Shown here one piece after another: positions 38,101 through 48,005 of a stretch of 64,000 bases of DNA. Under the pieces are notes generated by a model. The model saw only the letters and a list, made by a program, of their open reading frames with translations. It made no database searches and was not told the DNA's origin. A program made the position numbers and the translations under genes. Position 1 is the stretch's first letter, and each line of letters opens with the position of its first letter. The stretch covers positions 9,032 through 73,031 of the forward strand of contig DGTR01000020.1 of the NCBI GenBank assembly GCA_002394395.1. Direction: 5' to 3'. Source of the stretch: Bacteroidales bacterium UBA4331. GTDB lineage: Bacteria > Bacteroidota > Bacteroidia > Bacteroidales > Paludibacteraceae.

Positions 38101-39473
38101 GCCGGCAAGGCATAACTGCTGCCGTAGTCTTTTTCCACACCGTCCATGCTTCCGCTTCCACCGTTGGCATTGAAGGAAACGGTGTAGGTGTTTAATGCCC
38201 AATGTGCATAGAGGGTAACATCATCACTGGTATTGCTCCATTTGCCATCGGTAATGTATCCCGTTACATCTGTTGCCGCAAAAGATCCATCTGCTTCCAG
38301 TACTTTGACGGGCGTGGCGTCATTGGTATAGTATCCATCCAGATGGTAACCGCTATTCGTATTGGTGGCGTGTTCTATCTCACTCAAAGAGGCCGCATTT
38401 TGAACTACAGTAGCCAAACCGTCTTCTGAACCGGCTTCCGAGTTGTTTTTCGCTAATTCTATATCGTATTCCGCTAAAGTGGTGAAAGAAATTGTCTTGT
38501 CAATCGCGCTATTATATCCATCGTCGCAACTATTGATTGCCTGCCACCATATAGTATATGTAGTTCCGGCAGTTAAGCCCGTTACGTCCCATAAGGTACT
38601 ACTACCATCATAAGCGTCAATGGTTTTCTCTTTCTCATCCACGATTAATAGTTGATATGTTGCAGCACCACTAACTGCATTCCATGATATACGTGCCGCG
38701 CTATTTGTGATAGAAGATGCGGCAAGATTGGAAGGGGTTACTTCGGATAGATCAGCTCCAATACAGAATGAAGTTCCTTCTTCAGATTCGTTCACTGCGC
38801 AATAGGTTTCTCCATCTCCTTTTGCATAAACCGACCATGTGTAGTTTCCTGTTGGCAGATCTCCTTTCATGTATAATTGCTCAGCAGTTCGGTTATAAGA
38901 CTGTGTGATAGTACCATCCTTTGTTACTGTTAGTACATAGCCTGAAGCATTGGTTACGGCATTCCAACCAAAACGCGTTTTCCCATGAGTTGCGTCTGCA
39001 TTCTCTGTCAAAGATAAACCCGTTGGTTTTGATAGAGGAGTACAATCTAATAATTCTGTAAATTGTACATCTGGTGCAGTAGTGTAATAGCCTCCGTATG
39101 AATATACCGCATACAATATTGTCGCATCACCATTATAATATTGGTTAGGGTAACCATATTGATTATAGTAGGTACTTCCATTATTACCTCCACCATTTGT
39201 GGGAAAACTGGTATCCGTTGTTTGTGTGCCGGGAGCCCATGCAATAACAGAAAGATAGCCGTCTGAATGTGTTCCAACTCCATCCCCAGGTTTGTTTCCC
39301 TTTTCGAATGTCCCGATATCCACATAAGAGCTGGTGGATTTATTCCATGCTTTAAGTGTGATTGTTACTCCCCACGCGTTCACGTTCACGCCTACTAATA
39401 GAAGGAGTGCGCAAATATATTTAATTGCATTTTTCATAACGTTGTTGTTTTGCAAATTTAAAACGGTTTTCAT
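35178..39473 (-). CDS. giant cell-surface protein (Fn3-like and Listeria-Bacteroides repeats) with T9SS-type tail
   Basis: 1431 aa; likely start 39437 (MKNAIKYICALLLLVGVNVNAWG); YTVSFNANGGSG...FYALW B-repeat; tail VKFIYHENVYIWHNGIIYDATGKKVK. Confidence 0.75.
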   Translation of the reverse strand: MKTVLNLQNNNVMKNAIKYICALLLLVGVNVNAWGVTITLKAWNKSTSSYVDIGTFEKGNKPGDGVGTHSDGYLSVIAWAPGTQTTDTSFPTNGGGNNGSTYYNQYGYPNQYYNGDATILYAVYSYGGYYTTAPDVQFTELLDCTPLSKPTGLSLTENADATHGKTRFGWNAVTNASGYVLTVTKDGTITQSYNRTAEQLYMKGDLPTGNYTWSVYAKGDGETYCAVNESEEGTSFCIGADLSEVTPSNLAASSITNSAARISWNAVSGAATYQLLIVDEKEKTIDAYDGSSTLWDVTGLTAGTTYTIWWQAINSCDDGYNSAIDKTISFTTLAEYDIELAKNNSEAGSEDGLATVVQNAASLSEIEHATNTNSGYHLDGYYTNDATPVKVLEADGSFAATDVTGYITDGKWSNTSDDVTLYAHWALNTYTVSFNANGGSGSMDGVEKDYGSSYALPACGFTAPSGKVFDGWAEGSAGGTKRTLPYDHTVTGNITFYALWRDASYTDYVFSCAELTLTPKLVTADAPMFITSAAGKKVRSQDSILIVGSGLTPGQTLTFPDLPAKFEIKSRTGAALATDASGAINAVAYIFYTPAVGDTDDGLDELTGITVSVGGAKPKTVNLTQDIIGRHLPADFVIAAKKDGKWWALPSDMASTTNPKPSEIAVNDINNPSVAYTDASNKYGLAAPTASNISGGNGQYIRLTMSIEDGNDPAGPAPLFGSATGTRTLGKSNNAKATSDLSAGWWWQLKQTNTSITNPQDAKYTIYCANNTSSLSLRDNAGNPDWGLFASGVEELRLIPASSVVFTEAEIVAWGHHNAIVEVDKANAGGTGVAAEKVKALLNGAESSLITLAETKTSNGTGATKYDYTVAFGDVIDFAANEGQMLTLEWYNSSDVMIAVSNIIVPTIVASDITINKTNYSLKSAWNTEVHVLPNVTVTVDASAYDNSDVTIKELNIYPGATVNVTTGTLKATTLVMRNGWNRLNGDKKYDVARLYITPTNGNLQATNAYADWYIDFDQYYPIAVPWEVDLSVNDGSKIWYKNTKSKALIGTTTGSVRLRYYDGASRAANVQVGVGESANWKLYGDDGCNPIPVKLEPSKAYAMTAKRPAGKAFSIIRMPLTIPSAAWTTGGEKGVLESTHKDQVTVLAYGDASTPSYAKGWNFIANPYMSLYKGALSYTDEGAIEYANIPDIDFQEYDQVPIVSTKLKPASGFLIQAPKNGTVTFGEVNRQASAPSYRKEVADETMPIQRAYITLAGDGAEDMMGILVGENYTAEYETNADLAKLLSNSNTLRTYMYYGEQNMAYLAISPVLAQEWIPVQVRIPVEGEYTFSLDNASVVENLEGVYLIDYANNDQITNLIEENYTFITSAGTINGRFAINAVVGTRQTPTAIDVIGEGNKGNGPVKFIYHENVYIWHNGIIYDATGKKVK

Positions 39474-39490
39474 ATCTGTCTCCCTTTCTA

Positions 39491-42400
39491 TTATTCTATC
39501 TTACTCCATACCGCGTAGAAGGTCTTGCCGTTCTGCGCCTCTACATCTATACTTGCTCCGGCGGTGTAGAACACGTCTGCACCTGCACCGGCAATCTCGC
39601 TATGCGTAGCGTTCGGGTGCTCGTCCGCCCAGCCGCTCTCTATCCAGCCCACCAAGTGTTCATGCTGCTCCTCGCACGTGTTATATGTCGTGCCGGAGAA
39701 ATCGCTTGTCGTCGGCGTGGTCTTCGTCAGATAGACAACCCGTTTGTCCGACTCGCCGATAGTGGCTGCTACAGCACTGAATACCACGCTATGTACATGA
39801 TCTTCAAACGTAACAGACGGCAGAGCCTTAATCTGTATATTGATCACTTCTTGAACCGAACTGTTGCTGGTCGAGGTCAGCGTCAGCGTAGTGCTCTCTA
39901 CTGCTGCTTTGGCATCCGCCTTGTAATAATCAGCGGCTTTGGCGTTCTGCGTAAGATACGCATCCTCTTTCGCCACTCCATAACCTTTCTTTTTGGCTAA
40001 TACATCGCTCGGGTCATATTCTATTAAATCAAACTCGGCTCTTTGTCCTACATAAAGCACCACCTTTGACGGAATAGCAATCGACTCATCCGGCAGTGCC
40101 TGTTTCCATGTCCAGCCGGTTAACTCTTTCTCCGTGATACTTGCACTGACGGTAATTGCGTAAGCCGGCATGGAGAAGGCAGGTGGCGTGAGTGAAGAAG
40201 CATTAGCGCCCAGAAGCGTACTTGTCACATCTTGCGTCAGGTCAGCGGTTTTCTTGATGGTCCATCCGTTGAACTGATAACCGGTACTTACCACAGCCTC
40301 TAACTCAACGCTCTTGCCCTCGCAAGCACTGTTATAATTGCTGCTCAGCGTACCGCCGGTAACCGCCGTTCCGCTCTTCGTCACACCAGTAATGTCATAC
40401 CGCGTGCAGAACTGTGTCATGTATTCTACCGTCGCAGAAGCGTAGTAGATGTCGATATAATATGTCTTGTATGCTGTCCCATTGTCACCCCTAACCATAA
40501 GGTACTGAGTGTTGGCAGGCATCGTATATACATACGGATCGGTTGCACCGCGTGTTCCGGCAGTAATAGCATCTCCCGATATAGTACCGGCAGCCGAACA
40601 AGCATATACTTTGACATTAGAATCCGCATTTTTGTATGCTACTACCACTTTAAGAATATTAGAAAGAGCATCCGAATTATAGATTCTTCCGTAATATGTG
40701 GCATCCTTTTTGAATTGCAGGAACGGATTCACACCGCCTGTTTCATTTTGATAAATCAAATAGTTTACCTTGAATCCCTTGCCTCCTACAGTTATGCTCG
40801 CATCTGCCGAACTTGCGGATGGATAACTTGTGGATACACCGGTGCTTGTCTTGTCTAATCGGATGACATTCAGATTCGTATAAACCGCATAGTATATCTT
40901 CTCCGCATTGATGGTCGGAGTGCCGGTGACGAGTGTCGGTTCGCTTGTCTGTGCGCCGAACTCGGTCTCGCTCCAGCCGACGAAGTTCGGGTAACTGTCA
41001 TCGGGTATATCCATGCCCTGCGCTGTCATCTCCGTTGCCAATTCACTGGCTGTCGGCAGCGTCGTTGTCTCGCTTTGATACACATTCTGTGTCAGACCGG
41101 TCACGGTTACACCATCGACTTTGTAATATACCTTCACTTGCACCGCATCCGCATAATCCACACGCACCGTCACATTACCGGTCGCGTTGGTGATGGTATA
41201 GGTGCCGTCGCCGTTGTCTATCTTGTCCGCGTTCCCGCTGGTGACAGTCACCGTATAAGTCTTATGATCGCCCAGACCGGTTACGGTCACTTTGTTGTCG
41301 GTCTTGCCGGCTGTACCGTAGGTGTCGTTCGTACCTTCGGTTACCGTCAGGGTATAGACATCGATAGCTTGGTCTGCGGTCTTATCTACCTCGCAAAGAC
41401 TATAGGTCGCGCGTACCGCAGTTTGGTCAGACAGTTTGGTACTGAGGCTCGGGCTGAAGGTGCAGTCGCTTGTCACATCTTCTGTACTGCCGTCAGCCAT
41501 CGTAGCAGTGACAACCATGCCTGTCTTGTCGAATGTCTCGCCTTCTACATATTTCGTCTTGGTCGGCGCAGTAGTGATAGCAATACTTCTGACGCCCTTT
41601 GTCCAGAAGTTCTGCGAACCGCTGTATACTGTTCCGTGACGGTTAGTCGCGTATGCACGGATATAATAATGTGTGCCTTTGGTCAGACCCGTTGCGTCAT
41701 ACGAGAAATCGGCACCTATCGTCGGGTTCGTAGTACCCACTTGCAGTTTGTTCACACCCACACCTCCGATAGTAGGGTTGTCGGTCGTACCAATCACAAA
41801 ACCGTAATCGCTTACATTACATCCGTCTGCGCCTAATGTTGCCAAACCGTCTGTTGCCGTCAGTGTTGCCGCATCGCAATCAATCGCACTCACCTCAGGT
41901 GTCGTGTTCGTGAATGTCGCATCCGCATCGCACGAAGAGCAGGAAGTTACGTAGTTACTGTAGGTTTTTGCACATCCGGTTAGTGTAATATCATCTACAC
42001 GGGATGCATTAGCTGCCAACGTGGAGAATTTTACTTGTAACGCTCCAGTACTTCCATTTGATATATTATAAGAGCAAGCATGCCAATCTTGGTCTTGAAT
42101 TGTTGAGACGGAAATCAAGTTGCTTGTCCAACTTTCTCCATCATCTCCACTAACATAACAACCAATAGTACGATTCGTATTCTTTCCTGCTTCATTTTTA
42201 AAATTAAAAGATAATTGCAAATCCACATATGAACTCTTGTCCCCGAAATCAAATACTATATCTTTGTCGGAAGATCCGCAGAGCATATGCGAACCACCTG
42301 ATGCACCGTCATTATCCGAGGGATTAGTAGTATATTTTGAGACTTGCCAATTGGTTGTTGTGGTAATAGAGGCCGTACTTGCATTATAAAAATAGGAACT

Positions 42401-45400
42401 TGCACTTGCCCATGCCGTATTAGTGCCACATGTTCCTGTGAAGGGTTCGCTGTATAAAGTAGTACGCGTAGCCTTGCCTTCATCCGCAAACACTGCATAG
42501 AAAGTGGTGTTTCCTGTAATAGCAGGCGAAGCGGCTTGGGTGGTGAAGATGCTACCCGGGTTAGCGGCACTCACTCCGTCAATCTCCGTACTCCGCCAAC
42601 CTACAAACACTTTCGCGTCATCGCAATCGCTGCTCGTCGGTGCTGCCGGCAATGCGGCTACTTGTTCGCCGCTCACCACTTGCTCGGTAGTCGTCTCGCC
42701 GTTCACGCTCCATGTCACTGTGTAACTCGGTTTCCAGTAGGCGTGCAACTCGATATTATTCGCATAAATCCATTGCTTGATGGCACTCGTGTAACTTGTC
42801 ACACTCGCATTCACATTTCCGTTCTCGTCAATAATCTGCGTGCCGCTGCCATCTTCTTCTGTATAATAACCGCCGAATTTATAACCGTCTTTTACCGGTT
42901 TCGTGATAGCGCTTGTCAGGTTGGTATTGGCATCAAAGGTGACGGAGATACTTTCCGTTCCTTCTTTGCCGCTGTCTGCGCCTTCGTTATTCAGCGTGAT
43001 CGTATAGTTCTTCGCCGTCCATTGGGCATAGAGTGTCTTTGCATCGGCTACATCCCATGTGTGGGCACTGCTTCCGTCGGCTGCATAGTACTGCGTGCCT
43101 GCTCCGCCTTCCGAACCATAATAACCGCCGAAAGTATAACCGCTGCGTGTCGGCATCGTCGCACTCGGCATGTCGGCATCATATGTAGCCGATACGTTTT
43201 CCGAACCGCCGCTACCGCTCTGCTGGTCTAATGTCACCGTATAACTCTTTGCGTCCCATACGGCATCCAGCGTAATGTTTGCATTGACGGCAGATGAGAA
43301 ACTGTAATCCGCTCCGTTCAGTTGCCATTTCACGAAGTCATAACCCGTGCGTGTCGGGGCGGAAGGCTGAGAAACCGTACTTCCGCTGTTCACATAGGCT
43401 GTAGCCACTGCGCTTCCGCCGTTACTGTCGAAGGTCACGCTCCGCGGAGTGAAGGAACTCTCTGCACTATAACCTGTATTTTCTCCGGTATTGGTTGCAA
43501 AGGCACGGAATGTATATGTGTTTCCTGCAACAAATGTACTGCTTAATGCTGTTGAGAAAGAACCGGAACTATAGTCACCTGTGGAGATAGCAATTTTAGT
43601 CACTCCTGTATCGCCTATTTTCTTGTCGCTTGCAGTTCCTTCGTACCAAATAAAGCCATAGTCCCCGCTTTCAACTGCACAATAACTGACCGGGGTGATA
43701 CCAGCGCAACTTATCCCCACCGAACTGAGACTGAAAGCACCGCTGAGACTTGCTGCGCCCAATGTAGGCGTTGCGCTGCATGAATGTGCAACACTGACAA
43801 CCGCGATAGTAATGTCTCCCGTTTGTTTAGCGGTAGGAATCGTTAATGTACCGACGCCCTCAGAAACCGCCCATGTGTAGTCTGTGCCTGATGTAGCAGG
43901 ACTACCACCGATAGTAACGGTTACGCCACTTGCTGTTGGCAGTTCGTATGCCTCGTTGGCAGCCTCAAAAGTTGCGACGTAATTACCTGACGCGCAAGCG
44001 GTTGCGTTGCCAGTAAGCTTCGTTGTTCCTGTCAAGATCGGGAAAGTTACATTATAACTATTTGTTGTGCAACTGCTTGATGTACCAATCAGTCCGCCTT
44101 CGCAATATGGAGAGCCACTACTAACAGTATATAACTTCACGTAGTATTCCGTGCAAGGAGTCAGTCCTGTTATCTCGCTGCCGGATGTGTAGTTGTTGAT
44201 GGTCTTAACAAGGGTATTGCTGCTGTTATATACTTCCAAAGTATAAGATGCAATACCTGTTTCGGCGTTCATTGCCCACGTAGCTTTCAACTTCGTCGGG
44301 TCCGATGTCGCCAACTGGGTCAAAGAAACCGACCCGTTTATTGTGCCCAATGGAGTGCAGCAGTTTGGATCAGAGCAATAATAGGTCGTGCTTGACGGAG
44401 CTAAATATGTAACAGCTATTGCTGATAATTTAGTTGTCCCCCCGACATTAAAAGTAATAGAACTTACACCTGATGCATACGTCCACGTCTCAGAAGATAA
44501 GGTTCCGGATTCTCCACTTTTTACAGATAAATTAAAATCGGAACTTTTAGTGAATTCGATTTTCGTAATATTGCCAATACTTGATGAAATAGTTAATTCA
44601 GAGCCACTATACATGCGCCATGTTCCCGGAGAAGTAGTGTAATATTTGGGGTTATTAGTGGTTCCTTCTGTTGCAGTCGCAGTAATACCGGTATATATCG
44701 TAACACTTGTTAAGTCCGAACCATTACTTGCATAAGTTGTACCAAAAGTCAATGGTTTTTCTGTTGGTGTCGTCCCTCCGCCTTTTGTCTTACTAAACAC
44801 TGCATACAATGTTTCTCCATTGGAAGAAGGATAATAGGTCGATCCTGCTGCATAGAGAGTTCCCGGATTAGTAGTTGTAGAGTCGGCTGTGGCTATAGCT
44901 GACGTTCTCCAACCTGCAAAAGTTGTCCAGCCTTTGCACACGCCGCTTGCTGTAACGTTCGGAAGAACAATACCCGAACCATCACAATCCTCTGTGAGTG
45001 ATGTGGTTGCGCAAACACCTGCTCCGGCATCGAAATTCACAGTTTTACCAGCGGATTTCTCTTGGAAATTAATGGTTACGGTGGTATTTGCGCTCGGAGT
45101 TACGGTAAAAGCGTTACCAACTTGACTAACCGTAGCCGATCCTGCCGGCGAAACAGTATATGCCGGGCTTGCATATTCGCAGCACGCAGCAGGAGTAGCT
45201 GTAATAGTTGTTCCGCTAAGCGAAACATTTCCATAGGAATCATTATTACGTGCTGCGGTTATAGTATAAGCTGGTACATCTGCTTCCCATTGAGCATAAA
45301 GAGTTTCAGAGACAGTTGGAGTATATGTATCACCCACATTGCCTCGTTTCGTGCCACCAGAAGATGCTGTGTACCATCCTGTACAAGTGAAACCGCTGCG

Positions 45401-46099
45401 GTTAGGGGTAGGAAGAGTAATAGAGGAATTTGCTGTTGCTTGTGTGAGATTTGATGTGGCGCACGATCCTTCGTTTGCATTGAAAGTGACTTTGCCTAAA
45501 TATGTAACAACGATTTGTGTTATTCGTGCCTGTTTACCCGAACTTCCACTGGTAGCAGACTTATTCCACGATGTTGTAGATAAACCACTAACACTATATG
45601 AGTTTGATGATCCATTCCATCCCCCATTATTACTTCCGTTAGTAAATGTAAAGGATAATGCCGTAATGTTGGATGTTGCCGAGATTGTCAATTTTGCTCC
45701 TTTGTACAATCGTAAATCAGATGCTTGTACAGAGCCAAAACCACTAACAGTAACTTCATTTTTTGTTAAACTTCCTCCTGAGAAAGATGAATAGTCACTT
45801 GATGATGTAAACGTGACACTCGCTCCCCACACATTTCCAACTCCGATCCAGAGTAATACCAGTATAGTGGCTGCGAATCGTACACTTTTCCGCAACCCTT
45901 GCGCTACCCTTGCGCTACTTTTTTGCAGCCACTCTCGCGCCACTCTCACGTCACTTGCTTTGCAATGACGTAGCACCGAGGTCATGTTTGCCCGTCTGTT
46001 GACCGCCGGTTGCCCGTCGTAATTGATAGTTTCCGCTCTCATTCCACTCATTGCTGACACCCTTTGCAATAAGTTTGATAAAAAGTCAAACTTTTTCAT
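39491..46099 (-). CDS. giant cell-surface protein with many Listeria-Bacteroides (InlB B-type) repeats; no T9SS-type tail seen
   Basis: About 2200 aa; more than 8 modules of the type VTF.ANGG...GY.F.GW.....LYAQW. The start is ambiguous: ATG 46099, or TTG 45895 just before the signal-peptide-like RKSVRFAATILVLLWIGVGNVWG. Confidence 0.75.
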   Translation of the reverse strand: MKKFDFLSNLLQRVSAMSGMRAETINYDGQPAVNRRANMTSVLRHCKASDVRVAREWLQKSSARVAQGLRKSVRFAATILVLLWIGVGNVWGASVTFTSSSDYSSFSGGSLTKNEVTVSGFGSVQASDLRLYKGAKLTISATSNITALSFTFTNGSNNGGWNGSSNSYSVSGLSTTSWNKSATSGSSGKQARITQIVVTYLGKVTFNANEGSCATSNLTQATANSSITLPTPNRSGFTCTGWYTASSGGTKRGNVGDTYTPTVSETLYAQWEADVPAYTITAARNNDSYGNVSLSGTTITATPAACCEYASPAYTVSPAGSATVSQVGNAFTVTPSANTTVTINFQEKSAGKTVNFDAGAGVCATTSLTEDCDGSGIVLPNVTASGVCKGWTTFAGWRTSAIATADSTTTNPGTLYAAGSTYYPSSNGETLYAVFSKTKGGGTTPTEKPLTFGTTYASNGSDLTSVTIYTGITATATEGTTNNPKYYTTSPGTWRMYSGSELTISSSIGNITKIEFTKSSDFNLSVKSGESGTLSSETWTYASGVSSITFNVGGTTKLSAIAVTYLAPSSTTYYCSDPNCCTPLGTINGSVSLTQLATSDPTKLKATWAMNAETGIASYTLEVYNSSNTLVKTINNYTSGSEITGLTPCTEYYVKLYTVSSGSPYCEGGLIGTSSSCTTNSYNVTFPILTGTTKLTGNATACASGNYVATFEAANEAYELPTASGVTVTIGGSPATSGTDYTWAVSEGVGTLTIPTAKQTGDITIAVVSVAHSCSATPTLGAASLSGAFSLSSVGISCAGITPVSYCAVESGDYGFIWYEGTASDKKIGDTGVTKIAISTGDYSSGSFSTALSSTFVAGNTYTFRAFATNTGENTGYSAESSFTPRSVTFDSNGGSAVATAYVNSGSTVSQPSAPTRTGYDFVKWQLNGADYSFSSAVNANITLDAVWDAKSYTVTLDQQSGSGGSENVSATYDADMPSATMPTRSGYTFGGYYGSEGGAGTQYYAADGSSAHTWDVADAKTLYAQWTAKNYTITLNNEGADSGKEGTESISVTFDANTNLTSAITKPVKDGYKFGGYYTEEDGSGTQIIDENGNVNASVTSYTSAIKQWIYANNIELHAYWKPSYTVTWSVNGETTTEQVVSGEQVAALPAAPTSSDCDDAKVFVGWRSTEIDGVSAANPGSIFTTQAASPAITGNTTFYAVFADEGKATRTTLYSEPFTGTCGTNTAWASASSYFYNASTASITTTTNWQVSKYTTNPSDNDGASGGSHMLCGSSDKDIVFDFGDKSSYVDLQLSFNFKNEAGKNTNRTIGCYVSGDDGESWTSNLISVSTIQDQDWHACSYNISNGSTGALQVKFSTLAANASRVDDITLTGCAKTYSNYVTSCSSCDADATFTNTTPEVSAIDCDAATLTATDGLATLGADGCNVSDYGFVIGTTDNPTIGGVGVNKLQVGTTNPTIGADFSYDATGLTKGTHYYIRAYATNRHGTVYSGSQNFWTKGVRSIAITTAPTKTKYVEGETFDKTGMVVTATMADGSTEDVTSDCTFSPSLSTKLSDQTAVRATYSLCEVDKTADQAIDVYTLTVTEGTNDTYGTAGKTDNKVTVTGLGDHKTYTVTVTSGNADKIDNGDGTYTITNATGNVTVRVDYADAVQVKVYYKVDGVTVTGLTQNVYQSETTTLPTASELATEMTAQGMDIPDDSYPNFVGWSETEFGAQTSEPTLVTGTPTINAEKIYYAVYTNLNVIRLDKTSTGVSTSYPSASSADASITVGGKGFKVNYLIYQNETGGVNPFLQFKKDATYYGRIYNSDALSNILKVVVAYKNADSNVKVYACSAAGTISGDAITAGTRGATDPYVYTMPANTQYLMVRGDNGTAYKTYYIDIYYASATVEYMTQFCTRYDITGVTKSGTAVTGGTLSSNYNSACEGKSVELEAVVSTGYQFNGWTIKKTADLTQDVTSTLLGANASSLTPPAFSMPAYAITVSASITEKELTGWTWKQALPDESIAIPSKVVLYVGQRAEFDLIEYDPSDVLAKKKGYGVAKEDAYLTQNAKAADYYKADAKAAVESTTLTLTSTSNSSVQEVINIQIKALPSVTFEDHVHSVVFSAVAATIGESDKRVVYLTKTTPTTSDFSGTTYNTCEEQHEHLVGWIESGWADEHPNATHSEIAGAGADVFYTAGASIDVEAQNGKTFYAVWSKIE
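45895..45949. repeat. two adjacent tandem 11-mers (ACCCTTGCGCT x2; GCCACTCTCRC x2)
   Basis: 45895-45905 / 45906-45916 are exact; 45928-45938 / 45939-45949 have 1 mismatch. Confidence 0.9.
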
Positions 46100-46130
46100 A
46101 TTATTTTGATTTTTATATTTATTTCGTTTT

Positions 46131-47333
46131 TTAGTTTTTACTTGACTCATGAGTAACTTGTTTCTCCACCGAGGATACAATATCTTTCTCTATAGGATAG
46201 ATAGTCGCCTTGGATATATTCATTTTTTTTAGCATAGGCTTTATCTGTGTTCTAATGAGTTTCTTGCTTATATCCACACAATGCAAAGTGGGTAAATGTA
46301 GATACGTATTGTTATGTGACCAAAAATCTTCTAAGGGTATATTGCTTTCGTTTGGATTGTACAGCATAAAACATCCTTCTTGGGCTGTGATGTTAAGATT
46401 TGTAAGTTTGACGTTCTGAATAATAGCATTATATAGTTTTTCATAATACTCATTGTATAAAGCGGAATGACGCGTCAATTTCCCTATTTTAACATCATTT
46501 ACAAATTTAGCAATAAAATCGTTATATTCTTTTTTCGTTGTTTTGGGTATAATAGGGACTCTTTTGTCGGTTATATATCCTAACTCTATACGATTGATTC
46601 CTTCGCCGCGATTACTAGGGTCTGCCCACAAAAGAAAATTCTCCCAATTAAGAATAGAAACATCAAGATGAATGCCCGGATGGTGGGTTAGGACATTGAT
46701 TATACCATCAAGGGCTTGCTCTAATTGATCTGCATACCACTTTATAATGTCAATAAGTTCGAATCCACGTTCACCCAAATCAATCCAATATATAGAGACA
46801 TATTTACTAATATCGTTGCCAAATAAACAATACTTATATTTATCTTGTGCAAAAAATAACGCTTTGTCCAAGGAGTAACTAAAATCCAAGAAAGGGGTTT
46901 TAGCGCTATAATGTTGCATCAGACTCAAATATAAGAAGTCCGTCTCGTCCACTCCAAGAGCCTCAAAATATCGAGGGAATAATCTGTCATTAGACTTTTT
47001 TAGAGCAATTATCTCCCGAGCGATAAAATGTCGAGGCGCGATAGATGTCATGTCCAAAAGATAATGCACTTGCGCAGAGGTAAATATTTTATACTTAGCA
47101 TCATTAATGCCTCGGAAAATACAATTAGGTTTCTCCACTAACACGCTATGAAAATCCTCAAATTGCGCTTCGTCATCTATTCTACAATAGTCTAAATGTG
47201 GATTGTGCTGAGAATCTCTCCAGAAACGCTCCTTTTCGGCTAATGAGAAGTAGTTCTTTATTGACAAAGTATATGCAAACTTTCTATCTGGGTTATACAA
47301 CTCAAATGGGTTTACGGGATCTGTCGCTTTCAT
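46131..47333 (-). CDS. FRG-domain protein
   Basis: 400 aa; IFRGINDAKYKI, LMQHYSAKTPFLDFSYS and NLNITAQEGCFMLY match the FRG-domain signature blocks as I recall them; AT-rich gene. Confidence 0.8.
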   Translation of the reverse strand: MKATDPVNPFELYNPDRKFAYTLSIKNYFSLAEKERFWRDSQHNPHLDYCRIDDEAQFEDFHSVLVEKPNCIFRGINDAKYKIFTSAQVHYLLDMTSIAPRHFIAREIIALKKSNDRLFPRYFEALGVDETDFLYLSLMQHYSAKTPFLDFSYSLDKALFFAQDKYKYCLFGNDISKYVSIYWIDLGERGFELIDIIKWYADQLEQALDGIINVLTHHPGIHLDVSILNWENFLLWADPSNRGEGINRIELGYITDKRVPIIPKTTKKEYNDFIAKFVNDVKIGKLTRHSALYNEYYEKLYNAIIQNVKLTNLNITAQEGCFMLYNPNESNIPLEDFWSHNNTYLHLPTLHCVDISKKLIRTQIKPMLKKMNISKATIYPIEKDIVSSVEKQVTHESSKN

Positions 47334-47390
47334 AGTCTTTGCCCTTTTTTAGTGCGGACGACACATTTTTGTTAATATTCATTTTGCATT

Positions 47391-47431
47391 AAAAAAAACC
47401 TAGACTATCTTTCTGCCAGTTATAGATAGTC
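47391..47431 (-). terminator. hairpin plus T8 after the 94-aa ORF
   Basis: Minus strand GACTATCT-N13-AGATAGTC, then TAGG and TTTTTTTT. Confidence 0.55.
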
Positions 47432-47491
47432 CCCTTGCGGGTAAAATTGTTGTTTGCACTTTGACGTGCGGCATCTTGTGGTATTACTTTT

Positions 47492-47776
47492 TTAACACAG
47501 GTAAGCCATTAAGAGTTTAATTATTCCTCCAATTATAACAGGCGATAGGGCCGATAATAATGCAATGAATAATTGCCAAATCCAATCACTGGGGATTTTA
47601 GATGGTTTCTCTTGAGACTCTAATCCTTTTTGAACATTAATGATGTTCTTATTATTTGATTTACTATGCGAACCATTATTATAAGTAGGCTGATAGACAT
47701 TGTATGTTGGCTTGTACAGATAACTATATCTATTCCCTTTATGGTTCTTCCTTAAAATAGACTTTGAATGTTTCAT
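47492..47776 (-). CDS. small hypothetical protein with C-terminal TM helix
   Basis: 94 aa; basic/Asn-Tyr-rich N-terminus, one hydrophobic helix; followed by a hairpin plus T8 terminator at 47391-47431. Confidence 0.4.
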   Translation of the reverse strand: MKHSKSILRKNHKGNRYSYLYKPTYNVYQPTYNNGSHSKSNNKNIINVQKGLESQEKPSKIPSDWIWQLFIALLSALSPVIIGGIIKLLMAYLC

Positions 47777-48005
47777 ACTCTGTTTGATTGAATTTAAATT
47801 TTTGTATTATTTTTTTCATAACTTTAAAATCTCTTTGGGGGCAAGTTTGACTTGCCGTTACTAATCTATTTGTATAACCGCTAACATCAGGTAGCGGAGC
47901 AGGCGATGCCATTCAACAACAATTTCAAAGGTCACTTGCTGTGTTTTTCAGTTCCACAGCCGAACTATATTTCTTTTGCTCTCTTAGTCCGTGCGCATAG
48001 GGTTA

